A stretch of 64,000 bases of DNA from Selaginella moellendorffii (lineage: Eukaryota > Plantae > Lycopodiophyta), in assembly GCF_000143415.4 (NCBI RefSeq), contig NW_003314266.1, positions 1 to 64,000 of the forward strand, given 5' to 3'. Numbering within the stretch: the stretch's first letter is position 1; every line of letters begins with the position of its first letter. Made by a program: the position numbers and the translations under genes. The notes beneath the pieces were generated by a model. That model searched no databases. It worked only from the letters and a program-made list of their open reading frames with translations, and was not told the DNA's origin. Of this stretch, positions 13,521 to 27,600 are shown one piece after another.

Positions 13521-16500
13521 TAGATTTTCCAACATTATTGATGTTTATTCTTTATCAATAATATAAACTTATTATACTTTATATAATTAATTAAAAAATT
13601 GCATTTCACTTTTCATTTCATATACTTGTGGGTGTTCCTTTTGCAATACTACCCATAGTATTTGAATGTCTCCATTTCTATCTTTACCACCTTAAAAAAT
13701 ATTTTATGGTAGTCTTTCAAGTGCGTGATGTTGCAATATGTCGTGAGAGCATATATACTATCATACTGATCATTGCCATTATTTCCACTGGACTTTGAAT
13801 CAAAACCTTGAGACAGCACAATGTTTTAATTGTGATTTTGCCCCTATCAAAGCCTTGTAAAATTTGGGTGAATAATTTCCCAATTTTTTCTTCACTAACT
13901 AGCTTTAACTCTCTTTAAGTTGAAGTTGAAGACAATAGCTATAGGTGCTTAATTTTCCCACTTGTGTATGTCTAGAAAAATTGTGACACTCTGCTGAAAA
14001 ATATATCCTCTAAAAACCTAAGTGAGAACTTGCTTAGAAGAAAAGAATTTTAGAGTAGTTAATTGTGTTTTCCACATCAAATAAACTCCATTCCTTCTTC
14101 TTTTGGATTTTTCTCAAGAAATTGTTGGGTAAACAATTTGAATTTGAGTTTCTTGGCAATGTATACCTAACTAAATAGCTTAAGTAGGTTTAGTGCAACA
14201 ATGCTGATCTAAGTTATATCTTTCCAAGCTCCAATTTGTGCTAATTTTAAACTCACCCTATGCTCTATAGCTTAGGTGATAATTGAAAAACTATCTTTCT
14301 TGCGTTGTTTGGGCACTAAGCCACTGCAATTGCAAAAAAAACTCATTCTTTCAGTGTTGTCTAGGCTCAAGGCCTCTGTAATCACTAAAGAGATATACTT
14401 GTAATTTCTAATGCTAGGAATGTTTGAAATTCATAAACAATTTTCTTCCAACTGTTTTCAAGCCAAAGAGTAACAATTTATCTTAAAAGCTTATTTCAAA
14501 AGTGAGTAAGGCATTTTCTACTTATACTTGCATTTTTGCCCTTGCCTATAAAATAGTGACAAACAAACAGAGATAAAAACATAAAAAAGAAAAGAAGAGA
14601 AGAATAATAAAAAGAGAATAGCAATGAACTCCACCTTAAACCCAAAGGCGTGAGTATAGATAAGTATATGTCATTCTTTTAATTCTACTTTGCACAAAGA
14701 GTCATAGGCAGGAGAAAAGATGGTTAATTCAATGTAAATGTATACAACAATGAGTAAGGGTTGTTTTTAGCACTTCTAAATGCTACTTATATATTATATG
14801 ATTTTATAACTGTTCCTAACTGCTTCATGTTTGTCTATAATAAACATTATATAAGTCAAGTCTTTTTTCTTTGAATGCTTAAGTTTAGGCATAACTCCAT
14901 ATTGCTTAACCTTACTTCTTTTGCTTTACCTGGGAAGATACACAAAGTAAAACACTTACTTCTTCATTACTTACTTCACTATTGCATCTATATAACCTCA
15001 CTATATTGGGGTTAGATGTTTCATTCAAACTCATTATGCTCACTTCACAATCCATGTTATTTGTCCTTATTCCACTACTGTATTTGCTTGTCCTCACTCC
15101 ATCATTGGGGCCAGACTCCAGTTCATCCCCTCTACCCTTCTCCGAAGAAAAAACAATTTGAAATATTAGGGCAAAAAGAAGAAGGCAAGAAAAATTGAGG
15201 AAAAACCATTGTAGAAGAAGAAAAAGTGGCTAAAGAAACATTGGAAAAGGAATTTACAACAACTGGCAATGTAAAAATAGAGAAATCAAAAGAAGTACAT
15301 ATGCTCAAATCTTGGAAAATAAAAAGACTTTTTATTATAAAATACTTCAGCCACCATGATATAAACAAAAGATTTACATTGCTCAACCTCCTCAACACAC
15401 AATTTAACACTTAAGACAGGAAAATAAATAACAACGTCTATACTCTCAAGGGAATATATAAATTTTTCAATAACAATGATAAAGCAAAGACTCTCAGTAG
15501 CACTAACAAGTGGGGACACAACTTGAAAGTGACTCAACCCTTGGAACATGGGAATACTCAACACTGGAATTTTTCAAAGACTCTACCAATGAAACAAAAG
15601 TAAAATTCTTAACTTCATACACATATTTAACATTTAAATTAGTATGAGAAGGATATACAATACTCGACTCAAACCGAATTGAGAATAAGAATCATAAAAG
15701 TCACAAATGATCAATATGCCAAGAGAAAAAAAACACTATAAATGGGGAAGAAACACTAAAAATATGAAAAGGTAACTCAAGCCAAAAAATAAGGAAAGGT
15801 TAAGAAAGAGCATAAGGTAAAGAAAAAGATTAAATAGCAAATTGAAGGATTGACACCTACCTTGTAAAATCTTCAACTTTATCTCCAAAGCTATCTCCAT
15901 AATAATCAAGTTCTTCATCATAATTTGGAATCCATTCGAGCTCGTAAACATTATCTTCCCATGAACTTGATTCTAGAACATTCTCCAAGAACCAAACTAC
16001 ATTATCCATAACTCACTAATTGATATTATGACCACACTCCACATCAACAAGAGATGGTAGAACACCAAGAACAAAACAAGTTCTATAATCATGTCCCATG
16101 GAAGTTGGAGATAGCAACACATTAAGGATGGTTGTAACACCAATATGATCACACCCCACAACACCAAAAGCTCAATTCAACGAAGTAATATTAGTAGCCT
16201 TAAGTACTCCTTAATCAATGATTATATGGCATAGTAGAAGAAGACAATGCAATGAAAATCAAAAGAAAGAGTAAATTTAAGCACAAGAATTCTAGATCTT
16301 GTAAAAAGATAATATAGATTTAAATCTAAAAAAGAATGAAGAAATAAAAACAAAAAACATGATCCTAAACACTAGAGCAAAGCATTGCTAAAAAGCTTTG
16401 CCCTTTAGGGACAAATTGTAATGCCCCCATCTCCACCAATGTGAGTGCTTAAGATATAAAAATATGTATATTAATTGGGGTTTAGAACTTGCTTATATAC

Positions 16501-17125
16501 AAGAATGGAAGGACCAAATTTTGTTCCAAATGGATTGTTTATATGTTATAGTACTATAATTAGTGTATTACTTAGCCAGTGTATTACATATATATACATA
16601 TATTTATTTACAAACCTTCAATAAAATAATAAAAAAACTTAAAATAAATTATATAAATATTTCCAAAATCATAATTCTATTAAATTGACAAGATAAAACA
16701 TATTTGCATATTTCTATATCATCAATTCATCATTCAAAGAAGATCTCCACTCCATGATTATAGTAGCATTAATGTCTAGCTTCATGGTATGTTGATTTAC
16801 AAGAAATAACAACCTTCCACTTATGATAATTAGGATTTTTGGATTGATGAAGCTCTTCAAATTTTATCAACCACTATTCAAATATTATTAATTTTTAGAC
16901 ACACACACTCTCTCTCCCTGATGGTAAAATTTATTTGATATCTGATTATAATATTCTAGAAGAGTTTAGTTATATACTTTCAATATAAAGAGCATAAATT
17001 TCTAGCAAAAAATACTGATTTTATTTTAAAATTATATTTAAATTGTAAATTGAAAAATGATATTTTTTTTGAAAAATATATAAGAAATAATACCGTAAGT
17101 GTATTAATGTAAGATGGCTAAAATA

Positions 17126-17947
17126 TTAACATAAATCCTTTCTGTGTAATATCCACCAAATAATGTTTGGATAATGTGCCAAGAAAATTACTATACTACA
17201 ATCATTTTTAATTGTTAAATATGAAGGAATTATACAATTAGGTTTATTTAAACAATATTTATTAGTTGCCCATAATACTCTTTTATTACTATACAAAACA
17301 AGGTTACCATCATTTTGAAGTTTTAATACACAAATATAATTATATTTTATAGGACTTTCTGTTTCCCATATTTTTTTATTTTGGAAGAAAAGAACAACTT
17401 GACAATTTGATGTAACCATCAAAATAACTTTTCCATTAGGAGAAATTAAATATTCATCTTGATAAAGTTTTTGTGGATTATATAGTGTATGTTGCTTAAG
17501 AAAACATACCGAATTGAGAGTATAATTATAAATTTTTTGTAAACTATTAGGAAATAACCATTCTTGAATTAAGTTATATTGTATAGAATATCCTATATTT
17601 TCATTTTCAAAAGATGCAGGACAATTAATTTGTAATTCATTAATATTTTTATAGAAAAGCCTTTCAAAACCAGCTATTAAACTGCTACCTCTAAAAGTTT
17701 CTTCTTTGGAACATTCATATATTACTTTGATTCTGAAATCTATTATTCCTGCAGAAGTATTAATTAGCTCACCATCTGAAAATTCAGCAGAGTATTGATC
17801 TTTTTCATTTAATTTAGATATTAATTTTCTAAATATTGTAGCTATCTTAGCTATATCTTGAGGATTTAAAATTCCAAATCTTCCAAATTTTGGTTTAGCT
17901 ATAACATATATTGGAAGACAACACAATATAATATAAAGTGAATTCAT
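17126..17947 (-). CDS. Putative secreted protein with C-terminal bulb-type (GNA/B-type) mannose-binding lectin domain
   Basis: Intact 273-aa ORF; hydrophobic N-terminus; LYQDEYLISPNG...LKLQNDGNLVLYSNKRVLWATN with one canonical QxDxNxVxY motif. Confidence 0.8.
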   Translation of the reverse strand: MNSLYIILCCLPIYVIAKPKFGRFGILNPQDIAKIATIFRKLISKLNEKDQYSAEFSDGELINTSAGIIDFRIKVIYECSKEETFRGSSLIAGFERLFYKNINELQINCPASFENENIGYSIQYNLIQEWLFPNSLQKIYNYTLNSVCFLKQHTLYNPQKLYQDEYLISPNGKVILMVTSNCQVVLFFQNKKIWETESPIKYNYICVLKLQNDGNLVLYSNKRVLWATNKYCLNKPNCIIPSYLTIKNDCSIVIFLAHYPNIIWWILHRKDLC

Positions 17948-18769
17948 TACTATTTCTATTGCTAGATATAATTTTCAAGTTTTTAAAGTACCATAAATTT
18001 ATATTTTATATATTTTAATATAAATATTTATTTCAAAAATTAAAATAACAAATAAATTTTTATTATATTCTACTTTTATTGAAACTATTTAACTCATACT
18101 GATACACTGTAGCATATACATATAATAAGATTTAGATACATTATCATTGGGAATAGTTATGAATAAATTGGGATAAAATAAATATTAAAGGGCCCCTTTT
18201 TAATTGGTTTAAAGGGAGAAAGATAAGTTGCATTACATGTATTATCAAAGTAAATGACATGTGTTCAATTCCTATTAAGTGGTGGCTATTTAAAATATAG
18301 TATATTACAACGGGCTATAGTATGGAAATTTCTAAAGGGGATTATGTGATTATGGGATTAGATAAGGTGATCTTTGGTGAAAGAATACAGAAATAAAGAA
18401 AGTGAAGAGAGAGGAGAAGTTGTTGTGTGAATGGCTTGAGATTGAGGGAGCTCATTGCCATTTTCAACACTAAAATTGTAAGAGTTGCCACTATGATATT
18501 TCATGATGATGGACTTGACCACTTCTAGTGTGAAATTGCAAAGGAAAATGAGCTAGTTTGGGAAAAAGTGAGATGATATTGCTGTGTGTTTGTTGTGGGA
18601 GAGCTTGAGCTATTGTTTTTAGACATAGAGATTCTTTAGAGTATAAAGTCAATCTTTGAAGCTTAAAGTTCCAATCACAAGCTTAAATTTGGTGTTCCTT
18701 ATTGAGATGTAAAGCCACAGCATAGCAAAGTGGTATTTGTGTGTGGAATGCTATAAGAAGATGCTTATG

Positions 18770-21700
18770 TGTAGCACATGTGGTTTTGACCCTTTATCTT
18801 ATGCTGATTTACTATAGGATAACACCACGAAGCGGAACCTAAACCCTCTTTATGCCACGTGACACATGCCACATGTCATATGCGACATGTTCATAGAACA
18901 ATGGTGTGGAACCCAAGGTTCAGGGCCTTGGGCCACTGAACGAAGAAACGGTGCGAAACTCCCAAGCATGGAGCCAAGGAGTATTGGCACTGGAGCACGG
19001 AACGACACCCAATCATATAGCCTAAGGAGTGAAGGGACAGGAGCCTGGAGCAACTTGGGATAGTCCTAGAGTAACCAACATCCTAATGCTAGGAATAGCA
19101 TGCAAAACGGAGCCAAATGGAGTCTGACGCTATTTCGGCATACTGGTGACCTAACGCGGGGACAGGGGTACTCCCCCAACTAGCATAGAATGTAACTGGG
19201 GTTTAGACCCAAGCGGGCCCCAAAACAGGGACAGCCATGCAAGGGAAAGCTGGATTTTTTTTTAAGTGGGTGGGCCATGCCCGACCTACCCACTTTTTTT
19301 ACTATATATTGGGAACCCCCCAAAACCCCCGGCCCCCCCCCCCCCCCGCCCCCCTTGAAGAACACACGCTTTGGGCTTTCATCCCAAGCCTCCCTTAGTA
19401 TCAGGAGTTAGTCTCTTGGACAAGTTTGAAACTTATTAATTATGGAATGGCACTAGATTGCAAGTTTGGATACGAGACGAACACCATTGTGTTCAAGACA
19501 ATCTCTACATTCTATAGATATGCCAAATGAGTAAATCTAGACACTTTCCATAAATAGCATTTGGGACCGAAATGAGACTAACACAAAGGGCATGATAGCG
19601 AGGGTGTTTGGCAGACACAATAAATTATCATCTAGCGATATTGAGGGACCAAGCTCAATATCACAAGGGTTCCCAACACTAGCAAGTGCAAGTCAACATC
19701 ATGAATTTATCATCACTATGCCAAGTATGCTTGACCAAATGACAATGTAGGATTTCCTTCGTTAGTGCCCTTTCGGTCTAGGTGCACATGTGATGACCAG
19801 TTTTTCAACTAGTTTAGGTGGAAATTGATAAAGGATCCAGCAATACCAACCTTTTGCCATCATGGCAGTAAAGAAAGAATATTTGAAAGGACTAGCCGAT
19901 AGGTAACTTTCAATACCCGAAGTCACATTTGCGACACTTTGCCCCCCTAAGGAAGATCGATGTCCTCGTCGATGCATACTTGAGTCTAGAATACCGCCAA
20001 GGAAACAACTCCAGAAAAAGTTCACGGTATTCACATTATGTGAGAAATGCACCAACTTAAAGGAGTTAGGAGGCAACTTCTTTGTCCAACACGGATGCGC
20101 TACCAGCTCAGACACCTTCCGGCCGTTGCCGACAAGGAAATGACCAACGGAGTCAGCCACCCTTGCTGCTTTGGGTATCACCCAGCTTACAAAAGTGTGA
20201 TACGCCCCTGCCTGCAAATGGCATAGAGAGGGAAGCTAGAGGCCCCAACCCTTCTAAGCAAAGAAACCAAACCTGTCGGTAAGGTTTAAATAGACTACTG
20301 TAAACAGGCAGGTAGAGTTGTTTACATGGTCACACCCTTTTAACATAATAAGGAACATCGACAAAGAGGCAGATGATGTGACCAGTCGATAGTAGCTACC
20401 CCATAACTAGAGATTTCACTATACACATGAAGTGCCGAAGCTAGTCTGCCTATACTGGCCCAAAATTCAAAGATCAATAGATAGACAACATCAAAGTCAT
20501 AAACAATGATATCTTAGAGTCTTAATTATCAGTGAATAATGCTTAGATTAGAACACAAAACCGCAACGCTCGAAAGTAGTCCTCCATATCATAAAACCAA
20601 TCCTCCACCACCTTATAGTCGTTCACTCCCTTGAATACCGGTGGGGGCTTTGTTTGTACTTGGGAACTGCCTGAAGGATTGATTCCACTTCGGTCTGTTC
20701 GACCTTGTCTGGTTTTGCCTCAGTCCCTGCCGAAGGGTCCGCACCTTCTGCACTACTAGCATCCGCGGTCTTTCGCTTTTTCTTCCGCTTCTCGTCACAC
20801 TTTAGCTTGCGTATGAGAGTCTCCAACAGGGCATTGGTCTGTGCCAATTGTCCTTCTAGAACGTCCAATCGAGCCTTGGACGACCAAACCTCGCCACCGG
20901 ACTCCTGTTTGGAAGTTTCCTCACTGGAGTCCTCCTCATGCAAGGATTCCTCATCCATAGCCTCTTGTTCGACCGGAGGCTCCAGCTCCGGCGGAGGTTC
21001 TGTCTCTGCCTGGGTTCGCTTACGCCCTGCCCTTGCCATCTCCCAGCAATCCGCCTCTCTCCTTCACTAGAACTGAGGAAAAGGCTCTGATACCAAATTG
21101 TAAGCCACAAATTTTTCCTTTCCAATTTGCCAGCTTACCTCGTTTATCCAACCAACATTGTCTTGGCTTGTGCTAAGTTCCCTTGCCAAGGTTCTCGCCT
21201 ATTGTACCAGATCCTACTTGGTCCTACTTGGTTTCAGCTACTCACTGCACGAGCAACAGAGTGTTAGCCATCCATTTACGGATTCCCAAATCTCTCCCAA
21301 TCCCCTTCCCCAGGTTAGACTGGACTTAAGGTTCGGCTACACTCCCCGCAGGCACAAGCAGCAAAGCACACCAAGCCTCCAGATTCCTAACACCCCTTGG
21401 TACAACAAAACTTGATCATGGGACCCTCTAAATCCCAAGCCTTGGGTGCAGCACTTGCTTCGGGACGTCGGGGCGAAACACCGTGGCCTAACGGCCCGGT
21501 ATGGGTACCTCTACCCCCCCACTTCCATCCCGAAGGAAGGCCCAAGCCCCTAGGAAGGGCGAGGACCAATGAGCCGCATGGTACTCAAGTGGGGCACCAC
21601 TCCACATGAGCCGGGAGCACCACAGTCGGTTTCCCTTTCGGGAGTGGGAGCTGCTCTTGAGCACATCCCTGGGTGGCCCCTCCGGCACCACCCAAGCCCA

Positions 21701-22253
21701 TGCTCACTCCCACCCAAAGCCCCTCGGCCCCAGTCTCAACCTCAAGTCGATTTGGAAGCCCCACTGGAGAGTTCCTTCAAGACTGGTTCCTGGACCTCAC
21801 TATCCCTACTATACTTTCTGAACCCCCTGCAGCCCCCCCCCCCCCCCCCCCCCGGGAGACGCACGCTTTGGGCTTTCACCCCTTGACCTGTATTAGTATT
21901 TGGACTTAGTCTCTGGCTCGATCTCGGACTCGATTTCGGATCTGACTTCGGATTCGGTCTCGGACTCGATCTCGGACTCGATCTCAGACCTGATCTCGGA
22001 CCCGACCTCGGACTCGACCTCGGACTTGGTCTCGGACCCGATTTCGGATCTCGGACTCCATCTTGAACTCGGTCTCGAACTCGGTCCCCGAGTCGGCCTC
22101 GGACTCGATTCCGGACTCTATCTTGAACTCGGTCTCCGAGTCGGTCTTGGACTCGATCTTCGACTTGGTCCCATCCGATGAACTCTTTGTCATTTTGGTC
22201 ATGCTTTCGGGGTTCCTTTAGCCTATGACACCTCGGCGAGTTGGTTCCTTACA
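18770..22253 (-). mobile_element. Truncated or chimeric Gypsy LTR element with non-matching LTRs (family Y 18770-19936, family Z 21099-22253) and gag remnant
   Basis: PPT adjacent to 19936; gag-like ORF 20623-21039; PBS at ~21085-21095; both LTRs have TG..CA ends. Confidence 0.7.
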
Positions 22254-24144
22254 TTGATGTCGCAAACCCAAAAAACCAATCTAAAGAAAACCACAAATAA
22301 CATATGGTATTGCGAAAAGCCGTAAGCCACCAAGGAGAACCACTAATTATCATGAAAGATCATCAATCATCCCATCAAAAAAAGATATGCATAATCATCA
22401 TCAAAGAAGGAATCCACTATCTTGAAAAACATCAAATCATTCTATATCAACAACAATCAAGCAAAACTTTTTGACGAGGATAATCAACTATCCTAGATGA
22501 TAGTCAATCATCACCAATGATTGCTAAATGCAAGAGCCAACTTCAACATTAAAGCTAATGAGCTAAAATGCCTTCCCCAACAGCTTCTAACAAATGGAAT
22601 AATGAGCACAAAAGACTCAAAGAACAAAAAGCTTGAGGAAGTCTATAGTTAAGTCTTTGTCTAACAATGATAACAAGTTTTGCATGAATTAACTTCAACG
22701 CTAAAGAAGAAATCATGGTACACCCCACAATAACCTCTTCAACACATCCATAAGCTAAACTTCACAATGCAAGCTAATGAAGAGCATATCTACATCAATC
22801 CAACAGCCAAGCATATTGAAGCTATGCTCAACAAGTGATTATCAAACGATCCTTCATGAATCCATCTATAGCACGACGTAACTCACTTCATAACAAGCAC
22901 AAGAAGAATCATTAATGATCAATATATATTCCAACTCAAACCCAATAAGAATTTTAACATTCCAATATCAATCACTAACTCTTCCGCTTGTAAAGTTAGC
23001 ATATTCCACGACTGAATCATTTTTCAAGGAAAAGCCAAAGCTCAACCCCTACTAAATAATCTTGTCTAGAACACAATTAACTCAAACTTGCCACTCAGCT
23101 TGTTTGAACGCCAATATAGTTGCTAGCTAGCAAATGTATGAATGCCAATAACACAAAGCCATAGCCAAATCATCAACACTATCTTCATCGAGACTAATGA
23201 AACTCGCATCAATCTTTTGAAGAGACATCTCATTTCACTCAAATCTCAACATCAACAATGTCAATGGCAAAACATCACTTCAATGCCATCAACACTACAA
23301 CAAAGCTAAAAGAAAGCATGAGTGAATCACCACCCAAAACTTCTTAGCAACTAAGCTAACCAAAGTCCAAGATACCTGAGTCAGTATCTAAGACTAATCC
23401 TTCAACAAAACTCAATTACAAATAACACTTCATCAAAGAATGACTATAAACTAAACATAACCAAATGATATTGATAAAGGTAGAGTCGATATACCAACAT
23501 GGAAAAACCATAAAAGTTTAACGACATGATCCTCTGCAACACCATCCGATAAAGCAAGCCTATCACCACTAAATCATCATCGAGCGAAGCAAGTATCAAA
23601 GGTCCTTGATAAAGTCTAAAAACAAACATTAGTCGCAAAGCAATCAACAATCACTTTTCAACTTGCCTTCACAAGACCCAACACTAAACTCATGCCATTA
23701 AGTCATATACTTGTCCAATATGAACATAATACCCCAAGTATGAGATAAAGGTTCATAGACAAGCACAAACTAAATGACCACTCAAATCTAACTCAACCGC
23801 GATAAACTCACCAACACATTTAGCTAATAGCTCTGAGCATGCCTTGAAGAGGCTAGCTTATGCATAATTAACACTTAGTTGAAACTAAAGTGAGGACCAT
23901 GAAATGGACTCATATGTGAGACACAAATCCCTAAGCCCCAAAGTGGAGCCGAAAGGGTGCCACGTGGTAGTGGCCGAAGCAAAAGCCAAATGAGCGTAAC
24001 ATGTTTGGACTAAAAGGCTTCGACTTGAAAGGTTGAGAGCAGGAGTGGAACTCTCAATGGAGTGCTCAAGGAACGAGCATGAAGCGAGCAATAAGCAAGG
24101 CTCCAAAAAGGGACCCAAAAGGACCAACACATGACATGTGGAAG

Positions 24145-24547
24145 TGTCCGAGGTGGAGTCCGAGATGGATCTGAGTTGGAGTCTGAGGTGGAGTCCGAGG
24201 TGGAGTCCGAGATGGAGTCCGAGATGGACCGAGATAGAGTCCGAGATGGACCCGAGATGGAGTCCGAGATGGACCCGAGATGGAGTCCAAGATGGACCGA
24301 GATGGAGTCCAAGATAGACCGAGATGGAGTTCTAGATGGACCCGAGATGGAGTCTGAGATGGAGTCCGAGATGGACCGAGATGGAGTCCGAGATGGACCC
24401 GAGATGGAGTTCGAGATGGAGTCCGAGATGGGCCCGAGATGGACCCAAGATGGAGTCCGAGATGGACCCGAGATAGACCCGAGATGGAGTCCGAGGTGGA
24501 GTCCGAGATGGACCCGAGATGGAGTCCGAGATGGAGTCCGAGATGGA

Positions 24548-24592
<45 letters not shown>

Positions 24593-24660
24593 AAGTCCGA
24601 GTCCGAAACCGGGACCGAGACCGAGTCCGAGTCTGAGTTCGAGCCCGAGTCCAAGTCCGA
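24145..24660. repeat. Hexamer-based tandem repeat (GAGATG/GAGTCC/GAGACC) in LTR W
   Basis: Visible array; related arrays at ~21900-22170, ~42400-42670 and ~44210-44470. Confidence 0.9.
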
Positions 24661-27600
24661 ATACTAATACAGGCAGTTGGGTGAAAGCCCAAAGCACTCG
24701 TCCCCTAGGGGGAGGGGGCTGCGGGGGGTTCCAAAAGTATAGTAGGGAGAGTGTGGGGGTTGGAGCCCAGTGGAGCCAGTTTGGCCAGGAAGGGCCAGTT
24801 TGGCCTAGGAAAGGCCAGTTTGGCCCAGGAAAGGCTAGTTTGGCCCAGGAAGGCCATACCCAGTGTTGGGTGATGAATTGACCACTGGGAAGTCCAAGAC
24901 TAAAGTGAATACGGACCGACAAGTGGGGTAGCTTGGTGAAGTGTTCAAGAGCCAGCTCTAGTTCCCCCGGGAGATCGACTGGCCGATGCTCCCAGTCCAA
25001 GTGTGGGTGGCATTACCTACTTGGATACCTGGTGTGGCTCAACGGAACCTCGCTCTAAGCCCATGGCTAGAGCACCCAAAGGCAGAAGGCAGGGAGAGTA
25101 CCCACGAGGCTTGCGTAAGGCCACGGTGTTCCGAAATGTTGTCCCAAAGGCCCAGATTGTGGAAAGGAAGAGGAGTAGTCCTCTAGTGTAATGACCAAGG
25201 ATACAGTTGTGCAGTGAGGAAGTCCCAGAGGACTATGGGACTTAGTGGTTGGGCCTGTGGGCCCTGATCCAGTGGCAGTGTTGGCGAACACGGCCAAGGA
25301 CAGGAAGGGACTTGGTGGGGACCAGAAAAGAGATATTGGGGAAGGCTATTCCCCATGTCTGTGGGCATCCTAAGGATGCCAAAGAGTGGATCTGGGATGA
25401 CCACTCATGGACGGATGGCCCAGTCTTGGTGAGACGGGATTGCAATGCAGGTGGTGTGGGACCACCGATGTGACCAAGGTGATTGGGCATGGCTTAGCAT
25501 AACAGGCTAGTATGTTGGTGGTGCCTTGGGGTGTCGGTCATGGGATTGGACACGTGGAGCACTGGGATCAAGTGCAAAGGTTGAGTGGTGGGGATGCCAT
25601 TCTCGGGGCTAGCAAGCCCAAGTCTGAAATAGGACTTATGGAGGTTGTGAGTGAGACTCCTCCAAGTGGTTGGAGGTGTGGTTAAGTGACTAAAGTAGAA
25701 TGAAAAATTTAGTCGCTTACAACTTGGTATCGGAGCTGTTCCTTAGTCCGACTCTTATTGGTGGCCAAGTATATCACCGCTTGTATTGGAATCGGAAGGT
25801 CCTAGATATAGACCTATCCTCGAGGAGTAGCATGTCGAAAGGACATGGCTCTCCACTCAAGTTCATGCATGAACTTGTGCACGATATGGTGGATGGAAAA
25901 GGGCCAGTAAGAGAACGACTTTGGGATCTTGGGAACAGTATAAGGGTTTCCTCAGAGAGCTAAGGATGTGATCTAGATGAGCGTTTGACGCAGCAAACGA
26001 GCTAATGTAGTTGTGGTAAACAACTATAGTTAGGATCACGGGAAAGATGTAGACTCCAAAACAATAAAGGAGTCACAAGACTACCCTTATATGGTTGAGG
26101 CTGGTACTCATAAATTTGAGACCGGAATTTTTGACCGTGGGAGGTCAAATACAGAAGAGGACACTAGTCCTTGAAATGGTAGCTGGGGCTACCTCTAATA
26201 AATGCTAGAACAACCCAAAGAGTTGGGGGTGTACTTAAAGATGAGTTGCTATTTTCATCACATGGACAAGTAGTCCTAAGGGGCAAAGGTTAGCCCTAAG
26301 AAAATCATCAAGTGTCAGAGTAACACTTGCAAAGATTGTCCTTGTGAGTAGGACATGAATACAAGGAGTTGTATCCCAGTGAGTTGGCACCTCTAAGACT
26401 GAGACCTTGTAGGTTGTTGAATTAGCAAAGTCCAAAATGCTGGATGACTCAAGCAGAGTTAGGGAATGATCCTAAGGGATTGGTTGGAGTATTTGGACTG
26501 AGGTGTATGGTGCCTCATGAGGTATGGGGAGGATCATAAGATCCAAGTATGAGAACAGTAGGTATTTGATTGATGGTAGAATGTGCTATACTAAAGTTGT
26601 GGGAAAAATGTTCCCAGAAGAAAGCAACTTTGGCCCAGAGTTGGGTGCAAACACTGTGGTGCGGTGCTAACGGATAGTTAGCATGAGAAACAACTATATT
26701 GGTCTCGGCAAAGACCTAAGCACTAATAAGTAATGTCATAAGGGTAGGCTCGTGGGGCCGATGATGTGGAGACACCAACTGTGCCAAGGTGTGATACCTT
26801 GAGGTCATGATGGTGGGTTCATAAGAACCCCTTGCCAAGGGAATCCCCAACGGAAGCAGGAATGGCATGGCCTAAGCTGGAATGCATGCGGTTGGAGTGT
26901 GGTGACCCAGATAATGATGGGGGTGTGGAAGCACCAAGCAATGAGTTGTAAGACTTGACAACTATGGGGTAACTAAGCAAGAGGTGCAAAGATAATTAGT
27001 TAAACGGGTAGAAGGTAACTACCCAAGACTTCTTAATGGCATAAAAAAGTTAAATATGCCCTTGCAGGGGATAAATTGCTTATGTTGCAATATAGTGAGT
27101 CAATGTCGTGAAAGGAAATGCTCATTCCCAAGGAAACCATCGTTGGGACACCCAAACACTCTGGAACACTAGGAGGTCGTGTTTGATGTCGCAAGGGCAA
27201 TAGATAAGGCCTAAGGGACTAAGTCCCTAGCGAATGATGGATAGAAGGTGCTATCCAAATGTCCAAGGTTGTGGAGATAGGAGAAGACTATCTACCTGAA
27301 TTGGACAAAGCCAAAAATGGAATTTTGGCAAAGCTAGTGGTGGGCATGTAGAGGCCCATAAACAACAACGTCAATCCCGGTGTGTGGGATTAGAAGGTGA
27401 GCATACCTGGATTGAGGAACCACTCCCTAGGCTATCGGGTAGGTTCATCCTTAAGAATACTTGCTAAGGCATGATAGAAAGTGCAAAGTTATCCTCCTAT
27501 TTTGGAGGCGAATAACCGAAGGAAATGTGTGAAGCCAAAAGCAAGTGGTAAGGGAATAGAACCAAACCATGGGAATCAAAGAGCATAACCAAGGGTGGTT

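Noticed and set aside
24010-25000. Long ORFs on both strands (also 21900-22202, 42374-42670, 43993-44797)
   Set aside because: Artefacts of stop-free hexamer repeats inside LTRs.
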